Notes: a model not told the origin generated them from the sequence alone. A stretch of DNA of 64,000 bases from Gemmatimonadaceae bacterium (GCA_045803545.1 JBJMOW010000002.1:160001-224000), one strand, 5' to 3'. Positions 19,985 to 30,790 are shown, counted from the first letter of the stretch. Program-made: numbers and translations.

Positions 19985-21031
19985 GTGAGAGACGCGATTG
20001 CGCGTTTCTCCGAGGTAGAGCGAGAGCTCTCTGATCCAAAGACCGTAAAGGACCAGCAACGCATGGCGGCGCTGGGCCGCGAACACCGGCATCTCCAGCC
20101 GCTGGTCGAAATGGGGAACAAGCTCGAGAAATACGAGCACGAGCTCGCGGAAACCCGCGAGCTCGTGGATTCAGATGACCCCGAGATGGCGCAGGAAGCG
20201 AAAGCAGAAGCCACTCGTCTCGAGAAATCCATCGACGAGATTCTGGATCGCATTAAGCCGGCACTCATTCCGCACGATCCGCTCGATGATCGTCCCGCAA
20301 TCATCGAGATCCGCGGCGGTACCGGAGGTGATGAAGCAGCGCTGTTTGCCGCCGACCTCTATCGCATGTACACTCGGTTCGCCGAAGGCCGCGGCTGGCG
20401 CATCGAGATCATCTCGCTGTCGGACGGCACCCTGGGCGGGATCAAGGAAGCAATCTTCAAGATTAAAGGCGGCGGCGCCTACGGTGCAATGCGTTGGGAA
20501 TCAGGTGTGCATCGCGTGCAGCGCGTTCCGGTCACTGAGAATCAGGGTCGGATCCACACCTCTGCGGCAACCGTGGCGGTACTTCCGGAAGCGGAGGAGA
20601 TCGATCTCAAGATCGAGGACAAGGATCTTCGCATCGACGTCTTTCGTTCTTCCGGCCCCGGCGGCCAGAGCGTGAACACCACCGATTCCGCCGTCCGCAT
20701 CACCCACATTCCGAGCGGCATCGTCGTCAGCCAGCAGGATCAGAAGTCGCAGCTTCAAAACAAACTGAAGGCGATGGAAGTGCTGCGTGCGCGTTTGCTG
20801 GATGCAAAGATCGCCGAGCAGGAAGCGGAGCGTGCGCGGATGCGGAAGACGCAGGTTGGAACTGGCGATCGATCAGCTAAGATTCGTACGTACAACTATC
20901 CGCAGAATCGCGTTACCGACCATCGCATCAATCTCACCTTGCACGAGTTGACCAAGGTTGTCGACGGTGACATCGAGCAGTTCATCGACGCTTTGAAGGT
21001 GGCTGACGTCGAGGAGAGGTTGGGTGAGTAA
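19985..21031 (+). CDS. prfA: peptide chain release factor 1
   Basis: GGDEAALFA, HRVQRVPVTE (PVT), SGPGGQ, IRTYNYPQNRVTDHRI. Confidence 0.97.
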   Translation: MRDAIARFSEVERELSDPKTVKDQQRMAALGREHRHLQPLVEMGNKLEKYEHELAETRELVDSDDPEMAQEAKAEATRLEKSIDEILDRIKPALIPHDPLDDRPAIIEIRGGTGGDEAALFAADLYRMYTRFAEGRGWRIEIISLSDGTLGGIKEAIFKIKGGGAYGAMRWESGVHRVQRVPVTENQGRIHTSAATVAVLPEAEEIDLKIEDKDLRIDVFRSSGPGGQSVNTTDSAVRITHIPSGIVVSQQDQKSQLQNKLKAMEVLRARLLDAKIAEQEAERARMRKTQVGTGDRSAKIRTYNYPQNRVTDHRINLTLHELTKVVDGDIEQFIDALKVADVEERLGE

Positions 21032-21920
21032 GGGCGCCTCGCCGTTTTTCGTAAAATCACTGCCGATCGGGACGATCGGCGATTTACTCGAAGGCTGCGC
21101 CGCGATGCTCGAGTCGGAGGGCCTTCCCGACGCGCAACACGAGACGCGCGAAATATTCGCTGCCGTTCTGGATGTACCACGCTTCTGGGCTGCCGCGAAT
21201 TCTGTGGCTAACGCATCGCCTGAGGTCGTGCTATCGATCGTCCGCGCGGCGATTCTGCGCGCCAAAGGAGCGCCGCTCGCATATGCAGCTGGGCGCGCCG
21301 CGTTCAGGCATCTGACGCTCGAAGTCGACGAGCGTGTGTTGATACCGCGCGTCGAGACGGAGGTGCTGGTCGATCGAGTTCTCGAGCGCGTGCATGCCGA
21401 CTCTGGCATCATCGCTGACATCGGAACGGGCTCCGGAGCGATCGCGCTTTCACTCGCGTTCGAGGCCAATTTCGATCGCGTTTACGCGACTGACATTTCG
21501 CTCGATGCGCTCCAGGTCGCGACAGCCAACGCGGCTTCGCTCGCGAAGGTGCTGAAATCCGCGGTTGAGTTTCGTCACGGCTCGCTGCTTGCCCCTCTAA
21601 AGGGAGTGAAGCTCGACGCGGTCATATGCAATCCGCCGTACATAAGTTTTGCCGAGTTGATAGATCTGCCGCGCGACGTACGTGACTGGGAGCCGTCGAT
21701 TGCGCTCCTATCGGCGAACGATGGTCTCGCCGCAACGAGAGAGCTGGTTCGAACGGCGCCGCTACAGCTTGCCAGGCGTGGTTTGCTGGCGCTCGAAGTC
21801 GACACGCGCCGCGCCGGGAGTGTCGCGGAAATGATTTCTGTCGACGGGCGTTATACCGATGTGGAAGTGTTGCTCGATCTTACGGGCCGCGAGCGATTCG
21901 TGCTCGCTCGACGCGCCTAA
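21024..21920 (+). CDS. prmC: release factor glutamine methyltransferase
   Basis: VLIPRVETE, DIGTGSGAIAL, NPPY; directly follows prfA. Confidence 0.94.
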   Translation: MSKGASPFFVKSLPIGTIGDLLEGCAAMLESEGLPDAQHETREIFAAVLDVPRFWAAANSVANASPEVVLSIVRAAILRAKGAPLAYAAGRAAFRHLTLEVDERVLIPRVETEVLVDRVLERVHADSGIIADIGTGSGAIALSLAFEANFDRVYATDISLDALQVATANAASLAKVLKSAVEFRHGSLLAPLKGVKLDAVICNPPYISFAELIDLPRDVRDWEPSIALLSANDGLAATRELVRTAPLQLARRGLLALEVDTRRAGSVAEMISVDGRYTDVEVLLDLTGRERFVLARRA

Positions 21921-21932
21921 CGGAGGAAGTGG

Positions 21933-22286
21933 ATGCTGGAAGACAAAGCAAAGGACCTGGGCCGACAGATTGGGCAGAGTCCTGAATATCAGGCGCTGAA
22001 ACGATCGAGCGACGCGCTCAACGAAGACCGCGAGTCTGTGGCGCTGCTGCAGCAGATGGAAAAGCTGCGCGGGGAGGCACAGCAATTGATTCAGAGCGGC
22101 GAGACGCCAACGGAGGAGATGGAGAAGCAGCTCGACGAGCTCCTCGAGAAGATTCAGGGTCAGCAGACCTATCAGCGCGCTGTATCCTCGCAGGAGAACT
22201 TCGACAAGCTGATGCTGCGCGTTAATCAGTGGATTATGGATGGCATGAAGAAAGGGGCGGCGAGTCCCATCATCACGCTTTCCTGA
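21933..22286 (+). CDS. YlbF/YmcA-like helical protein
   Basis: GGAGG RBS; DKAKDLGRQIGQSPEYQALK is a typical YlbF-family N-terminus. Confidence 0.7.
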   Translation: MLEDKAKDLGRQIGQSPEYQALKRSSDALNEDRESVALLQQMEKLRGEAQQLIQSGETPTEEMEKQLDELLEKIQGQQTYQRAVSSQENFDKLMLRVNQWIMDGMKKGAASPIITLS

Positions 22287-22326
22287 GCTGCGCGTCCACG
22301 CTTCCACGCCCCACGAAACTTTGAAA

Positions 22327-22992
22327 ATGGCTCGCGGCAAGCTGATTGTGCTGGAGGGTGTAGAGGGCGTGGGTAAGACCACCCAGGTCAAGCTACTCGC
22401 TGAACGACTTACCACAGCAGGTGTTCAGTGCGTCGCACTCCGAGAGCCAGGTGGGACGCCCGTCGGCGACGACATCAGAGAAATTCTGCTCCGACCCGAA
22501 CAGGAAATAACCGCGCCGACGGAAGCGCTGCTGTTCATGGCGTCTCGCGCCGAGTTGATATCGCGTGAGATTGTGCCGTCACTGGAGCAGGGAATGGTGG
22601 TGCTGCTTGATCGGTTTTTCCTATCTACGTACGCCTATCAGGTCCATGGTCGCGGGCTTCCTGAGGCAGAGATTCGAGCGGCCAACCGGTTGGCCACCGG
22701 TGGACTCGTTCCAGACCTGACGTTGTTACTGGATCTGCCGGCCGGCGAAGGTCTTGCCCGCGCTGACAGTCGCGGTGCGCTGGACCGGATGGAACGAGCT
22801 GACGACGCGTTTCATCAAAGGGTCGGGAACGCTTTTCGCGAGTTCGCCAGATCGAGTTGGCAACACTCCCATCCCGAGTGTGGACCAATCAAGTTGATAG
22901 AAGCGAAGGGCGATCAGGCGGCAATAAACCAGAAGATCACTGCCGTGCTTGCCGCCACTTTCGCGCAACCTTTCGCTGTGCTCAAGGTTTAA
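22327..22992 (+). CDS. tmk: thymidylate kinase
   Basis: LEGVEGVGKTTQ, REPGGT, LDRFFLSTYAYQ, PDLTLLLD. Confidence 0.95.
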   Translation: MARGKLIVLEGVEGVGKTTQVKLLAERLTTAGVQCVALREPGGTPVGDDIREILLRPEQEITAPTEALLFMASRAELISREIVPSLEQGMVVLLDRFFLSTYAYQVHGRGLPEAEIRAANRLATGGLVPDLTLLLDLPAGEGLARADSRGALDRMERADDAFHQRVGNAFREFARSSWQHSHPECGPIKLIEAKGDQAAINQKITAVLAATFAQPFAVLKV

Positions 22993-22997
22993 CAACG

Positions 22998-24635
22998 ATG
23001 AATATCAAGTTTCCCAGCGCGTCCACACGCTCGAGGACGCTGATCGTAGCCGGTACCATGCTTGGGGCGCTCATCACCGGTGGTTGGCTGCTCCAGCGCG
23101 GTGCGCACACGGGCACCTTCACCGCGTACGAAGGTGCGCGCTTGTTCGAGAGTGTGTTCCGTCGGATTCAAACCGACTACGTCGATACAGTCGCGGATTC
23201 GGCTCTCTATCGGAAATCAGTCGACGGCATGCTCTACGAGCTGCGCGACCCATACTCCACTTTTCTGCCGCCGGATCGGTTTGCGCGTCTGAACGAGAGC
23301 ACGACCGGCAACTACGCCGGGTTAGGCATCGAGGTCGATTTGCGCGATGGCTGGCTGATTGTGGTTGCTCCGCTTCCTGGCGGATCCGCTGAGCGCGCCG
23401 GAATTCAGCCGGGTGATCGCATCATCGAGATCGGCGGTCGCTCGACGAAAGGCTGGACGAACGAAGAAGCATCGAGAGTTTTGCGCGGCAAGCCCGGAAC
23501 GCTGGTGTCGATCAAGGTGGAGCGGCCCGGTATCGTCCAGCCGCTCGAGCTGAGGCTGGAGCGAACGACGATCCACCAGAGTGCTGTGCGGCGGACGGCA
23601 ATGCTGAGCGACGGTGTTGGCTACATCGACCTCAAGGCGTTCAGTGACTCGACCGCCAATGAGCTGAATAACGGAATCGGCACACTGCTCGGCCGCGGGA
23701 TGAAGACACTCGTTCTGGATCTGCGCACGAATCCCGGCGGATTGCTGACGCAGGGAGTGCGCGTCGCCGATCTCTTTCTCAATCAGGGACAGAAGATCGT
23801 CAGCATGCGGGGCAGGGTTCCTGACGCCAATCGAGAGTACGCCGACACCGCGAAGCAGACCTGGCCTCAACTGCCGCTGATGGTGTTGGTCGACAGTCGC
23901 AGCGCTAGCGCGGCTGAGATCGTTGCTGGCGCGCTCCAGGATCATGATCGCGCTGTGATCATCGGCCAGCCGACGTACGGAAAGGGAAGCGCGCAAAGCG
24001 TGATCCCGTTCGGCGATCAAGGCGGACTCAAAATCACGACCGCGCGCTGGTTCACGCCGGTTGGCCGCTCGATTACGAAGGTGCGTCCTAGTGACGACGA
24101 TGACGAGCCGGCGCCGGTAAAGAAGGAGCGCTTCCGCACCGATGCAGGCCGCGTAGTTTTTGGTGGCGGTGGAATCACTCCCGACGTATTCGCCGGCGAC
24201 ACTATTGCTCCAGCAGCGGAGACCGAATTCCTGCGCGCGCTTGGCGCGCAGACATCGCGCTTCCGCGACGCGATCACCGATTTCGCGCTCAACCTCAAGG
24301 CGACTCATGCGATTACGACACCTGATTTCGTGGTGGTGCCGGCGATGCGGGAGGAGATCTGGAACAGGATGCGCGCGCGCGGCATTGATATCCAGCGGAG
24401 TGTGTTCGACGAAGCCCACGCGCTCGTCGACCGGCAGCTCTCGTATGAGATTGCGAGGTATGTGTTCGGCAGTGACGCCGAGTTCCGTCGTCGCGCGTCC
24501 GAGGACAAGGTTCTGCAGAAGGCGCTGGACCTGGCGCGCGGAGCTCGGTCGGAGCAGGACTTGTTGCGACGCGCAACCGCCCAGGCCCCGGCTGACACGT
24601 CTGAAGCAGTCGCAGGTGGCGGCGGGGGCCGGTGA
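22998..24635 (+). CDS. S41 family carboxyl-terminal processing protease (PDZ)
   Basis: ATG 22998; DPYS, GLGIE (PDZ), LDLRTNPGG, SASAAEIVAGALQD, GKGSAQ. Confidence 0.93.
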   Translation: MNIKFPSASTRSRTLIVAGTMLGALITGGWLLQRGAHTGTFTAYEGARLFESVFRRIQTDYVDTVADSALYRKSVDGMLYELRDPYSTFLPPDRFARLNESTTGNYAGLGIEVDLRDGWLIVVAPLPGGSAERAGIQPGDRIIEIGGRSTKGWTNEEASRVLRGKPGTLVSIKVERPGIVQPLELRLERTTIHQSAVRRTAMLSDGVGYIDLKAFSDSTANELNNGIGTLLGRGMKTLVLDLRTNPGGLLTQGVRVADLFLNQGQKIVSMRGRVPDANREYADTAKQTWPQLPLMVLVDSRSASAAEIVAGALQDHDRAVIIGQPTYGKGSAQSVIPFGDQGGLKITTARWFTPVGRSITKVRPSDDDDEPAPVKKERFRTDAGRVVFGGGGITPDVFAGDTIAPAAETEFLRALGAQTSRFRDAITDFALNLKATHAITTPDFVVVPAMREEIWNRMRARGIDIQRSVFDEAHALVDRQLSYEIARYVFGSDAEFRRRASEDKVLQKALDLARGARSEQDLLRRATAQAPADTSEAVAGGGGGR

Positions 24636-25492
24636 GCGAGCGCGTCTTCATCATCGGACCAGGTCACGTCGGGCGCGGACTCTTCCGCGCCTTTCGCGCA
24701 TCAGGAGTCGAAGTCGTCGGCCTGCATGGGAAGCGACCTTCTGGAGTCGCGACGTCCAGCGGCGACATTCCCAAAGATGCGTCGCAGGCCAACGTCGTCA
24801 TCATCTGCGTGCGCGATGCCCAGCTCGATGATACGATCCAGGAAGTGGCTACCGCCGCGCGCGACGGGCGGATCGCGCGAGGAACCGTGGTGCTGCACAC
24901 GTCGGCGATTGCCGAGCCCACCGGCCTACAGGGGCTATCGAGCGCCGGATATCCTGGTGGGACTTTCCATCCCCTGGTTCCGTTTAGCGATCCCGAAGTC
25001 TCCGCCGAACTCCTGCGCAGAGCATGGATCGGGATCGATGGCGAAAACGCCGCCAAGAACGCCTCGCGCCGTATCGCTGGCCATCTGGGCGCACGCACTC
25101 TTGAGATTCCACCTGGTCGCAAGCCTGCGTATCATGCTGCCGCGGTAATCTCGAGCAACTTCCCCGTCGTGCTGGCGTCGGTCGCCGGCCATTTGTTGCA
25201 CGACATCGGCATTCCGGACGCCAGTGCGTACCAGGCCGTGGACAGTCTGATGAGCGGCGCAATCGCCAACATGAAGCAGACGCTGCCCGACGATGCGCTG
25301 ACGGGCCCGGTTGTTCGGGGCGACGCGGAGACAGTCGGCAAGCATCTCCGCGCGCTCGAAGGGATGGAGTCGGCGCGCCAGGTCTACCGCGCCCTGTCGA
25401 GCGCGGCCGTCGAGATCGCGCGCCGAGCTGGGACCGATCCTCGCAAGCTCGCCGCCGTCGGAGCGTTGCTGCGTCCGACGGCCAAGAACTAG
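24632..25492 (+). CDS. Rossmann-like plus DUF2520 oxidoreductase
   Basis: IIGPGHVG, HTS, FHPL, YHAAAVISSN, LTGPVVRGD. Confidence 0.88.
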   Translation: MSERVFIIGPGHVGRGLFRAFRASGVEVVGLHGKRPSGVATSSGDIPKDASQANVVIICVRDAQLDDTIQEVATAARDGRIARGTVVLHTSAIAEPTGLQGLSSAGYPGGTFHPLVPFSDPEVSAELLRRAWIGIDGENAAKNASRRIAGHLGARTLEIPPGRKPAYHAAAVISSNFPVVLASVAGHLLHDIGIPDASAYQAVDSLMSGAIANMKQTLPDDALTGPVVRGDAETVGKHLRALEGMESARQVYRALSSAAVEIARRAGTDPRKLAAVGALLRPTAKN

Positions 25493-26154
25493 AAGTCGGC
25501 CAGGCCCTGCTGGTCAACGATCTTCACGCCTTTGGGCGGCGCGAAGCGGAAATTGCCTGACGACAACGAAGGATTGGAGGTGAAGCGCGTGATCACGACC
25601 CGCCGCCGCAATCCATTGGGACTCTCGACGTCGAACTGTCGGATGCTCGAATCCGAGTCGTCGATCCAGACCTTCGCGCTGCGGAGCTGATTGTTGGAGC
25701 GCTTCGGCACCAGCGTAACGATGTGAGTCGGTCGGCCGCCGATTGTACCGCTCCCACCGCTCGTGACAGTGAATCTCGTACGCGGCGAATTGAGAAACTG
25801 ATCGGCCGGATCTACTGAACCAGCAGCGGCAATGTTGTACGGGATCCGCATTACCTGATCCGGTACGCTGCTCGGCAAGTATGCCCAAAGCGTAGAGCCA
25901 TCGGCAACGACACGATCGCCGCTGTCGAAAGTGATGCTGAGAAGATTTGGCTTCTTGCGCAGGATGACGCCGCTGGTAGTCTGCGTGCTGCCCGTCAGTG
26001 GATTGGTAAGGGTCTGACGAAATTCAGCGCGCATGCTGCCGAGGCGCGCGTACGCCGCGGCCGCACGATCGATGATGGCGTCAGCGCTCTGAGCGCGCGC
26101 ATTGGTCGAAAGCGCCGCACACGCAATCGCTGAAATGAGGATGATCTTTTTCAT
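25489..26154 (-). CDS. lolA: outer membrane lipoprotein carrier protein LolA family
   Basis: ATG 26154 signal peptide; AEFRQ, KKPN, VADGSTLWAY, FRFAPPKGVKIVD. Confidence 0.85.
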   Translation of the reverse strand: MKKIILISAIACAALSTNARAQSADAIIDRAAAAYARLGSMRAEFRQTLTNPLTGSTQTTSGVILRKKPNLLSITFDSGDRVVADGSTLWAYLPSSVPDQVMRIPYNIAAAGSVDPADQFLNSPRTRFTVTSGGSGTIGGRPTHIVTLVPKRSNNQLRSAKVWIDDSDSSIRQFDVESPNGLRRRVVITRFTSNPSLSSGNFRFAPPKGVKIVDQQGLADF

Positions 26155-26176
26155 ATGTGCGGTACACTGGCAGGCC

Positions 26177-27217
26177 CTATGCCGTTCCTGCCTTCGCAAC
26201 TGGTACGGAACGTCCGATAGCGGCGGCCACAGCGCGCAGCTCTCCGACGAGTTGCGTGAATTGATCGGGGTAGAGCGACTGCGCGCCATCGGACAGCGCA
26301 CGATCCGGCTCCGGATGGACTTCGATCATAACTCCATCCGCACCGGCCGCAACGGCGGCACGCGCCATGGGAATGACCTTGTCGCGCAACCCAGTTCCGT
26401 GACTCGGGTCGGCGATGATCGGCAGATGTGACAGCCTGTGCACGATCGGCACTGCGGTGAGATCGAACATGTTTCGTGCAGCCGGGTCAAAGCTGCGCAC
26501 TCCGCGCTCACACAAAATGACGTCGTTGTTGCCTTCGGCGAGAATGTATTCCGCGCTCAACAACAGCTCGTTGATGGTCGCCGCCATGCCGCGCTTGAGC
26601 AGCACCGGCTTTTTCAGTTTTCCAACGCACTTGAGCAACGAATAATTCTGCATGTTGCGCGCGCCGATCTGGATGCAGTCGGCGTGTTCGGCAACGAGCT
26701 GCGCACCTTCGGCATCCATCGCTTCAGTGACGACCGGCAGACCGCACGCTTTCCCGGCGCGGGCGAGCAACTCCAGGCCCTTTTTGCCGAGCCCCTGGAA
26801 CGAATACGGTGAGCTGCGCGGCTTGAACGCGCCGCCACGCAGCGCGGTGCCTCCGGCGCCTTTGACGATGCGCGCGGCAGACATGATCTGCTCTTCCGAC
26901 TCGACTGAGCATGGTCCGCCAATTACCACGACTGAATCACCACCCACCATCACACCGTGACCGAGGTCGACGATGGTGTTCTCGTTTTTCCACTCGCGCG
27001 AGACCTGCTTATACGGTTGGGTGACGTGGATGACCTGCGCCACCCCCGGCAGTGCCTCGAGTCGCGAGCCGTCGACACGACCGTCATTGCCGACGAGCCC
27101 GACGGCGGTGCGTTGCGCGCCCGGCATCGGCCGGGCCTCGTAACCCATCTCCTGAATAATTGCTACCACGCGCTCAACGTCTTTCGACGTCGCGTCGTGC
27201 TGCATTACAACTAGCAT
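26177..27217 (-). CDS. aroF: DAHP synthase, type I-beta with N-terminal regulatory domain
   Basis: [39 protein letters not shown]. Confidence 0.94.
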   Translation of the reverse strand: MLVVMQHDATSKDVERVVAIIQEMGYEARPMPGAQRTAVGLVGNDGRVDGSRLEALPGVAQVIHVTQPYKQVSREWKNENTIVDLGHGVMVGGDSVVVIGGPCSVESEEQIMSAARIVKGAGGTALRGGAFKPRSSPYSFQGLGKKGLELLARAGKACGLPVVTEAMDAEGAQLVAEHADCIQIGARNMQNYSLLKCVGKLKKPVLLKRGMAATINELLLSAEYILAEGNNDVILCERGVRSFDPAARNMFDLTAVPIVHRLSHLPIIADPSHGTGLRDKVIPMARAAVAAGADGVMIEVHPEPDRALSDGAQSLYPDQFTQLVGELRAVAAAIGRSVPVAKAGTA

Positions 27218-30200
27218 TTACGCGATAAGTGGTGCTGACTCGGCGGCTTCGGGCTCGTCGTCGTGCAGCTGTGGGATGTGCGCCGGATGATCAGGCGTAA
27301 TCGTCTCGTCGACCGTTCGGCCCCGCATGCGCACGCTTACCAGGCATGAGACGCCCGGCTCCTGCATCGTCACGCCATAGACTGCGTCGGCGGCTTCCGT
27401 CGTCGTGCGCGGATTGTGGGTGATGACGATGAATTGCGTGTTGTTCTTGAAGCGGTTGAGCATCCGTACAAAGTGGCCAATGTTTTGATCGTCGAGAGGC
27501 GCGTCCACTTCGTCGAGCAGGCAGAAGGGACTCGGCTTAGTGAGAAATATCCCAAAGAGCAGGGAAAGGGCAACAAGTGCTTTCTCCCCACTCGACAGCA
27601 GGTGGATTCTTTGCGTGCGCTTTCCTCGTGGCGACGCGTGAATCTCGATGTCGCCCTCGAGCGGGCTCTCGGGATTCTCCAGACGCAAATCGCACTCGCC
27701 ACCACCAAACAGCGTCATGAAGATATTGCGGAAGTTCTCGCGCACACGGACGAAGGTCTGCAGGAATAGCTCGCGTGCAGTGGTGTCGATCTCGCGGATT
27801 GCCTGCTGCAATGAGTTCTTCGCGGCGCTCAAATCATCGCGCTGACTGGTGAGGAAGCCGAGTCTCTTGGTTTCCTCGTCATGCTCCTCGATAGCGAGTG
27901 GATTCACTGGACCAAGTGCTTCCAGCTGTTCGCGCACCAGCGCCGCTTCGCTGCGCAGGGTCTCGTCGTCGAGCTCGAAGACTTCAGCGCCCGCGAGCAG
28001 CTCGTCGACGGGCTTCTTCCATTCAGCTTCCAGCCGCTCGGTAATTGCGGCGCGCTTGCCGGCGAGCTCCGTGTAGCGCAGCTCGGCGGCATGAAGCTCC
28101 TCGCCCAATGCCGCTGTGTGGCGGCGCATCTCCACCAGCGAATGCTCGTCGGTGGTCAGTCGTTCATCGAGCTCGTGTACCGCGCGCTCGGCGTCGGTGA
28201 GCTTCTGTTCGGCGGCTTCGAGAGCCGACTGACGGGAATCGAGATCCGCCTGCCACTGAGCCAACTGCCCGCGCAGTTGCGCATCCGCGCTGGAAAGTCC
28301 ACTCAGCTCGAGCTGTAGAGACTGCAGGCGTCCTGTCGCCGAACTGTATTCGTCGTTCAAGTGGCGGTGACGATCCGACGCGACTTCGAGCTGTGCCTGT
28401 GCCTGAGCACGGCGAATCTGACTCGCTGTTCTCTGCTCTCGTGCCTCGTCCTGACTCCGTTCGGCGTTCGCAAGCATTTCACGCGCGGCTATCACCGCGG
28501 CCTCGCGCTCAGCGATCGTCGCGTCGATATCGCGACTCGTTATGCTGAGAGCGTCGATCCGCGTCAGGACCGTCGTCTCGCGCTCCGTAAGACGATCGAT
28601 AAGAGCTCTCGCCTCTGCCGCATCGCGGGCGACGCGCTGGTGTTGACGCCCCAGCACCGCCGAGCGCTCAGCGGCGTCCGCGCTGGCGCGGGTGGTCTGT
28701 GAGGCCGATTCCTGCGCTACCAACGCTCCGCGTTCAGCGGCGGCCAGTGAAGCCCGCTCGGTTTCGGCTGCAAACGTTGCCGCATGACGAGCGGCAGCGC
28801 TGTTGGCCACCGCCTGCTGCAGCTCGGCGATCTCGGCGCGCCTGCGCAGCGGACCGGGTCCTGACTCTGGCGCAGGCAACCAGATTGCGCCACGCGAGTC
28901 TACGAAGGCAGAGCCGCTCTCGACTGACGTGACGCTTCCGAGTAGCGACTGCACCCAATCACCTGCGGGTGTGCTGGCCTGGACGAGCGTGGCGAGATCA
29001 GCAGTGCCATTCGAGTGTGATCCATTCTGCCCGTTCACTGAGTCGATCGGCAGCAGCAAGAGCGGACCCGGTGACGTCGACGCGTGCCACGCCCTCACCG
29101 ATTCCGCGACATGCCGATCGCGAACGAGCACGGCATTCACTGTCGGGCCAAGGAAACGCTCTACGAGCGAGGCTGCTTGTGAATTGGTGCTGATGAAATC
29201 GCTGAGCGGGCCGATGATGGCGCCTTCTCCGAAGATCGCGCGCTCTTTGAGCAGTCGCGCGGCGGCAGGCGCGAGGCCGACGCGCTCGCGTTCCAACCCT
29301 TCGAGCGCGTTGAGCTTTGCCGTTACCGAAGTGAATAGGTCTTCAGCGCGGGTCAGCTCGAATCGCGCAGCGCTTTCCCGCTCGCGAGCCTGCGTAAGAA
29401 CGGTTTGCGCGTCCTCTGCTTGCGCCACGGCTTCTGCCGCGCGGGTTGCCGAGACCGCTGCTTGGTCTTCCGCAGCCGCGAATTCCCGACGGGCCGCTTC
29501 CGCCGCGCCGAGCAAGGATTCCTGCTCGGCGCGCAGCGTTGACAGCCGCGCGGTCAGCTCCTCGCTCTCTCGCTCAGCGCCCTGACGATCGAGGTCGGCG
29601 CGGTGCAGCTGCTCACGGAGCTCTCGTAGCGTGCGCTCGCCCTGTTCGAGAAGGCTCCGTGCCGCGCTCAGATTGTTGCGGACTTCCTCTTCGTGTTGGG
29701 AGTGGGCTGACAGAGCTCCATCGGCGCTGCGCAGTCCGGCCTCGAGATCTGCCAGCTCCGCTGCTGCTCGCTCCAGCTCGGTGCTGACGCGGCCTGCGGC
29801 GGCGTCACCTTCGCGCCGCTCTTCTTCCGCTCGCTCGCGTCGGGAGGTGGCGTTGCGCAACCGCTCTTCGGCGACGGCGATCTCGCCACGTAGCTGTTGG
29901 GTTCTTTCGCGTTGATCGGATACGATGCGTGCGAGCTCGCTGCGTCGCGCCTCCGCAGCTGTGCGCTCGCCGAGCGCGGCATCACGCGCTGCTTCCGAGT
30001 GGTGCAGTCGCTCGTCCTCGCGCGGAACCTCAGTGCGTAGCAGGGTCACACGCTCTTCGAGCTGAGCGAGCTCGTCGCGCCACGCCGACATCTCGCGCGC
30101 AGCATGCGCGACTTCTAGCGTGAACCGTCGTGCCATGAGCTCGGCGTGACGCTCAGCGCGCTTGCGCTGGCGCGCCAGCGAACGAACCTGGCTCTGAACC

Positions 30201-30790
30201 TCGGAAATCAGATCGTCGATGCGGGCCATATCGGTGGTCGTCTCTTCAAGACGTCGCTCCGCGCTGCGCTTGCGGTCGCGGTAGAGACCGATTCCGGCGG
30301 CTTCCTCAAAAAGCTCGCGGCGATCGTCCGGTCGGTCGCTCAGAAGAGCGTCGATCATCCTGGATTCGATGACGACCGCCGAATCCGCGCCCAATCCGGT
30401 TCCGCGCACCATGTCGTGGATGTCCCGCAGTCGGCACGCAGATCCGTTCAGGAAGTAGTCGCTCTCACCGGACCGGCTTAGTCGGCGGGTGATCACAACT
30501 TCGCGGAATGGAATGTCGAGGGCGCCATCGTCATTCTCGAAGTACAGCGACACCTCAGCGACGTTCACCGCGCGCCGGGCCGACGATCCCTGGAAGATGA
30601 CTTCTTCCATCTTCGCGCCGCGCAACGCACGCGCCCGCTGCTCGCCCAGCACCCAGCGCACGGCGTCAGAGACGTTGGATTTACCGCAGCCGTTCGGGCC
30701 GACGATCGCCGTCACACCCGGCTCGAACACCATGTCGGTTCGATCCGCGAATGACTTGAATCCATGTATCTCGAGCTTGGTTAGACGCAC
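27218..30790 (-). CDS. smc: chromosome segregation protein SMC
   Basis: GFKSF, Walker A GPNGCGKSN, long coiled coils, LGPVN, LSSGEK, LLDEVDAPLD, ITHN. Confidence 0.95.
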   Translation of the reverse strand: MRLTKLEIHGFKSFADRTDMVFEPGVTAIVGPNGCGKSNVSDAVRWVLGEQRARALRGAKMEEVIFQGSSARRAVNVAEVSLYFENDDGALDIPFREVVITRRLSRSGESDYFLNGSACRLRDIHDMVRGTGLGADSAVVIESRMIDALLSDRPDDRRELFEEAAGIGLYRDRKRSAERRLEETTTDMARIDDLISEVQSQVRSLARQRKRAERHAELMARRFTLEVAHAAREMSAWRDELAQLEERVTLLRTEVPREDERLHHSEAARDAALGERTAAEARRSELARIVSDQRERTQQLRGEIAVAEERLRNATSRRERAEEERREGDAAAGRVSTELERAAAELADLEAGLRSADGALSAHSQHEEEVRNNLSAARSLLEQGERTLRELREQLHRADLDRQGAERESEELTARLSTLRAEQESLLGAAEAARREFAAAEDQAAVSATRAAEAVAQAEDAQTVLTQARERESAARFELTRAEDLFTSVTAKLNALEGLERERVGLAPAAARLLKERAIFGEGAIIGPLSDFISTNSQAASLVERFLGPTVNAVLVRDRHVAESVRAWHASTSPGPLLLLPIDSVNGQNGSHSNGTADLATLVQASTPAGDWVQSLLGSVTSVESGSAFVDSRGAIWLPAPESGPGPLRRRAEIAELQQAVANSAAARHAATFAAETERASLAAAERGALVAQESASQTTRASADAAERSAVLGRQHQRVARDAAEARALIDRLTERETTVLTRIDALSITSRDIDATIAEREAAVIAAREMLANAERSQDEAREQRTASQIRRAQAQAQLEVASDRHRHLNDEYSSATGRLQSLQLELSGLSSADAQLRGQLAQWQADLDSRQSALEAAEQKLTDAERAVHELDERLTTDEHSLVEMRRHTAALGEELHAAELRYTELAGKRAAITERLEAEWKKPVDELLAGAEVFELDDETLRSEAALVREQLEALGPVNPLAIEEHDEETKRLGFLTSQRDDLSAAKNSLQQAIREIDTTARELFLQTFVRVRENFRNIFMTLFGGGECDLRLENPESPLEGDIEIHASPRGKRTQRIHLLSSGEKALVALSLLFGIFLTKPSPFCLLDEVDAPLDDQNIGHFVRMLNRFKNNTQFIVITHNPRTTTEAADAVYGVTMQEPGVSCLVSVRMRGRTVDETITPDHPAHIPQLHDDEPEAAESAPLIA

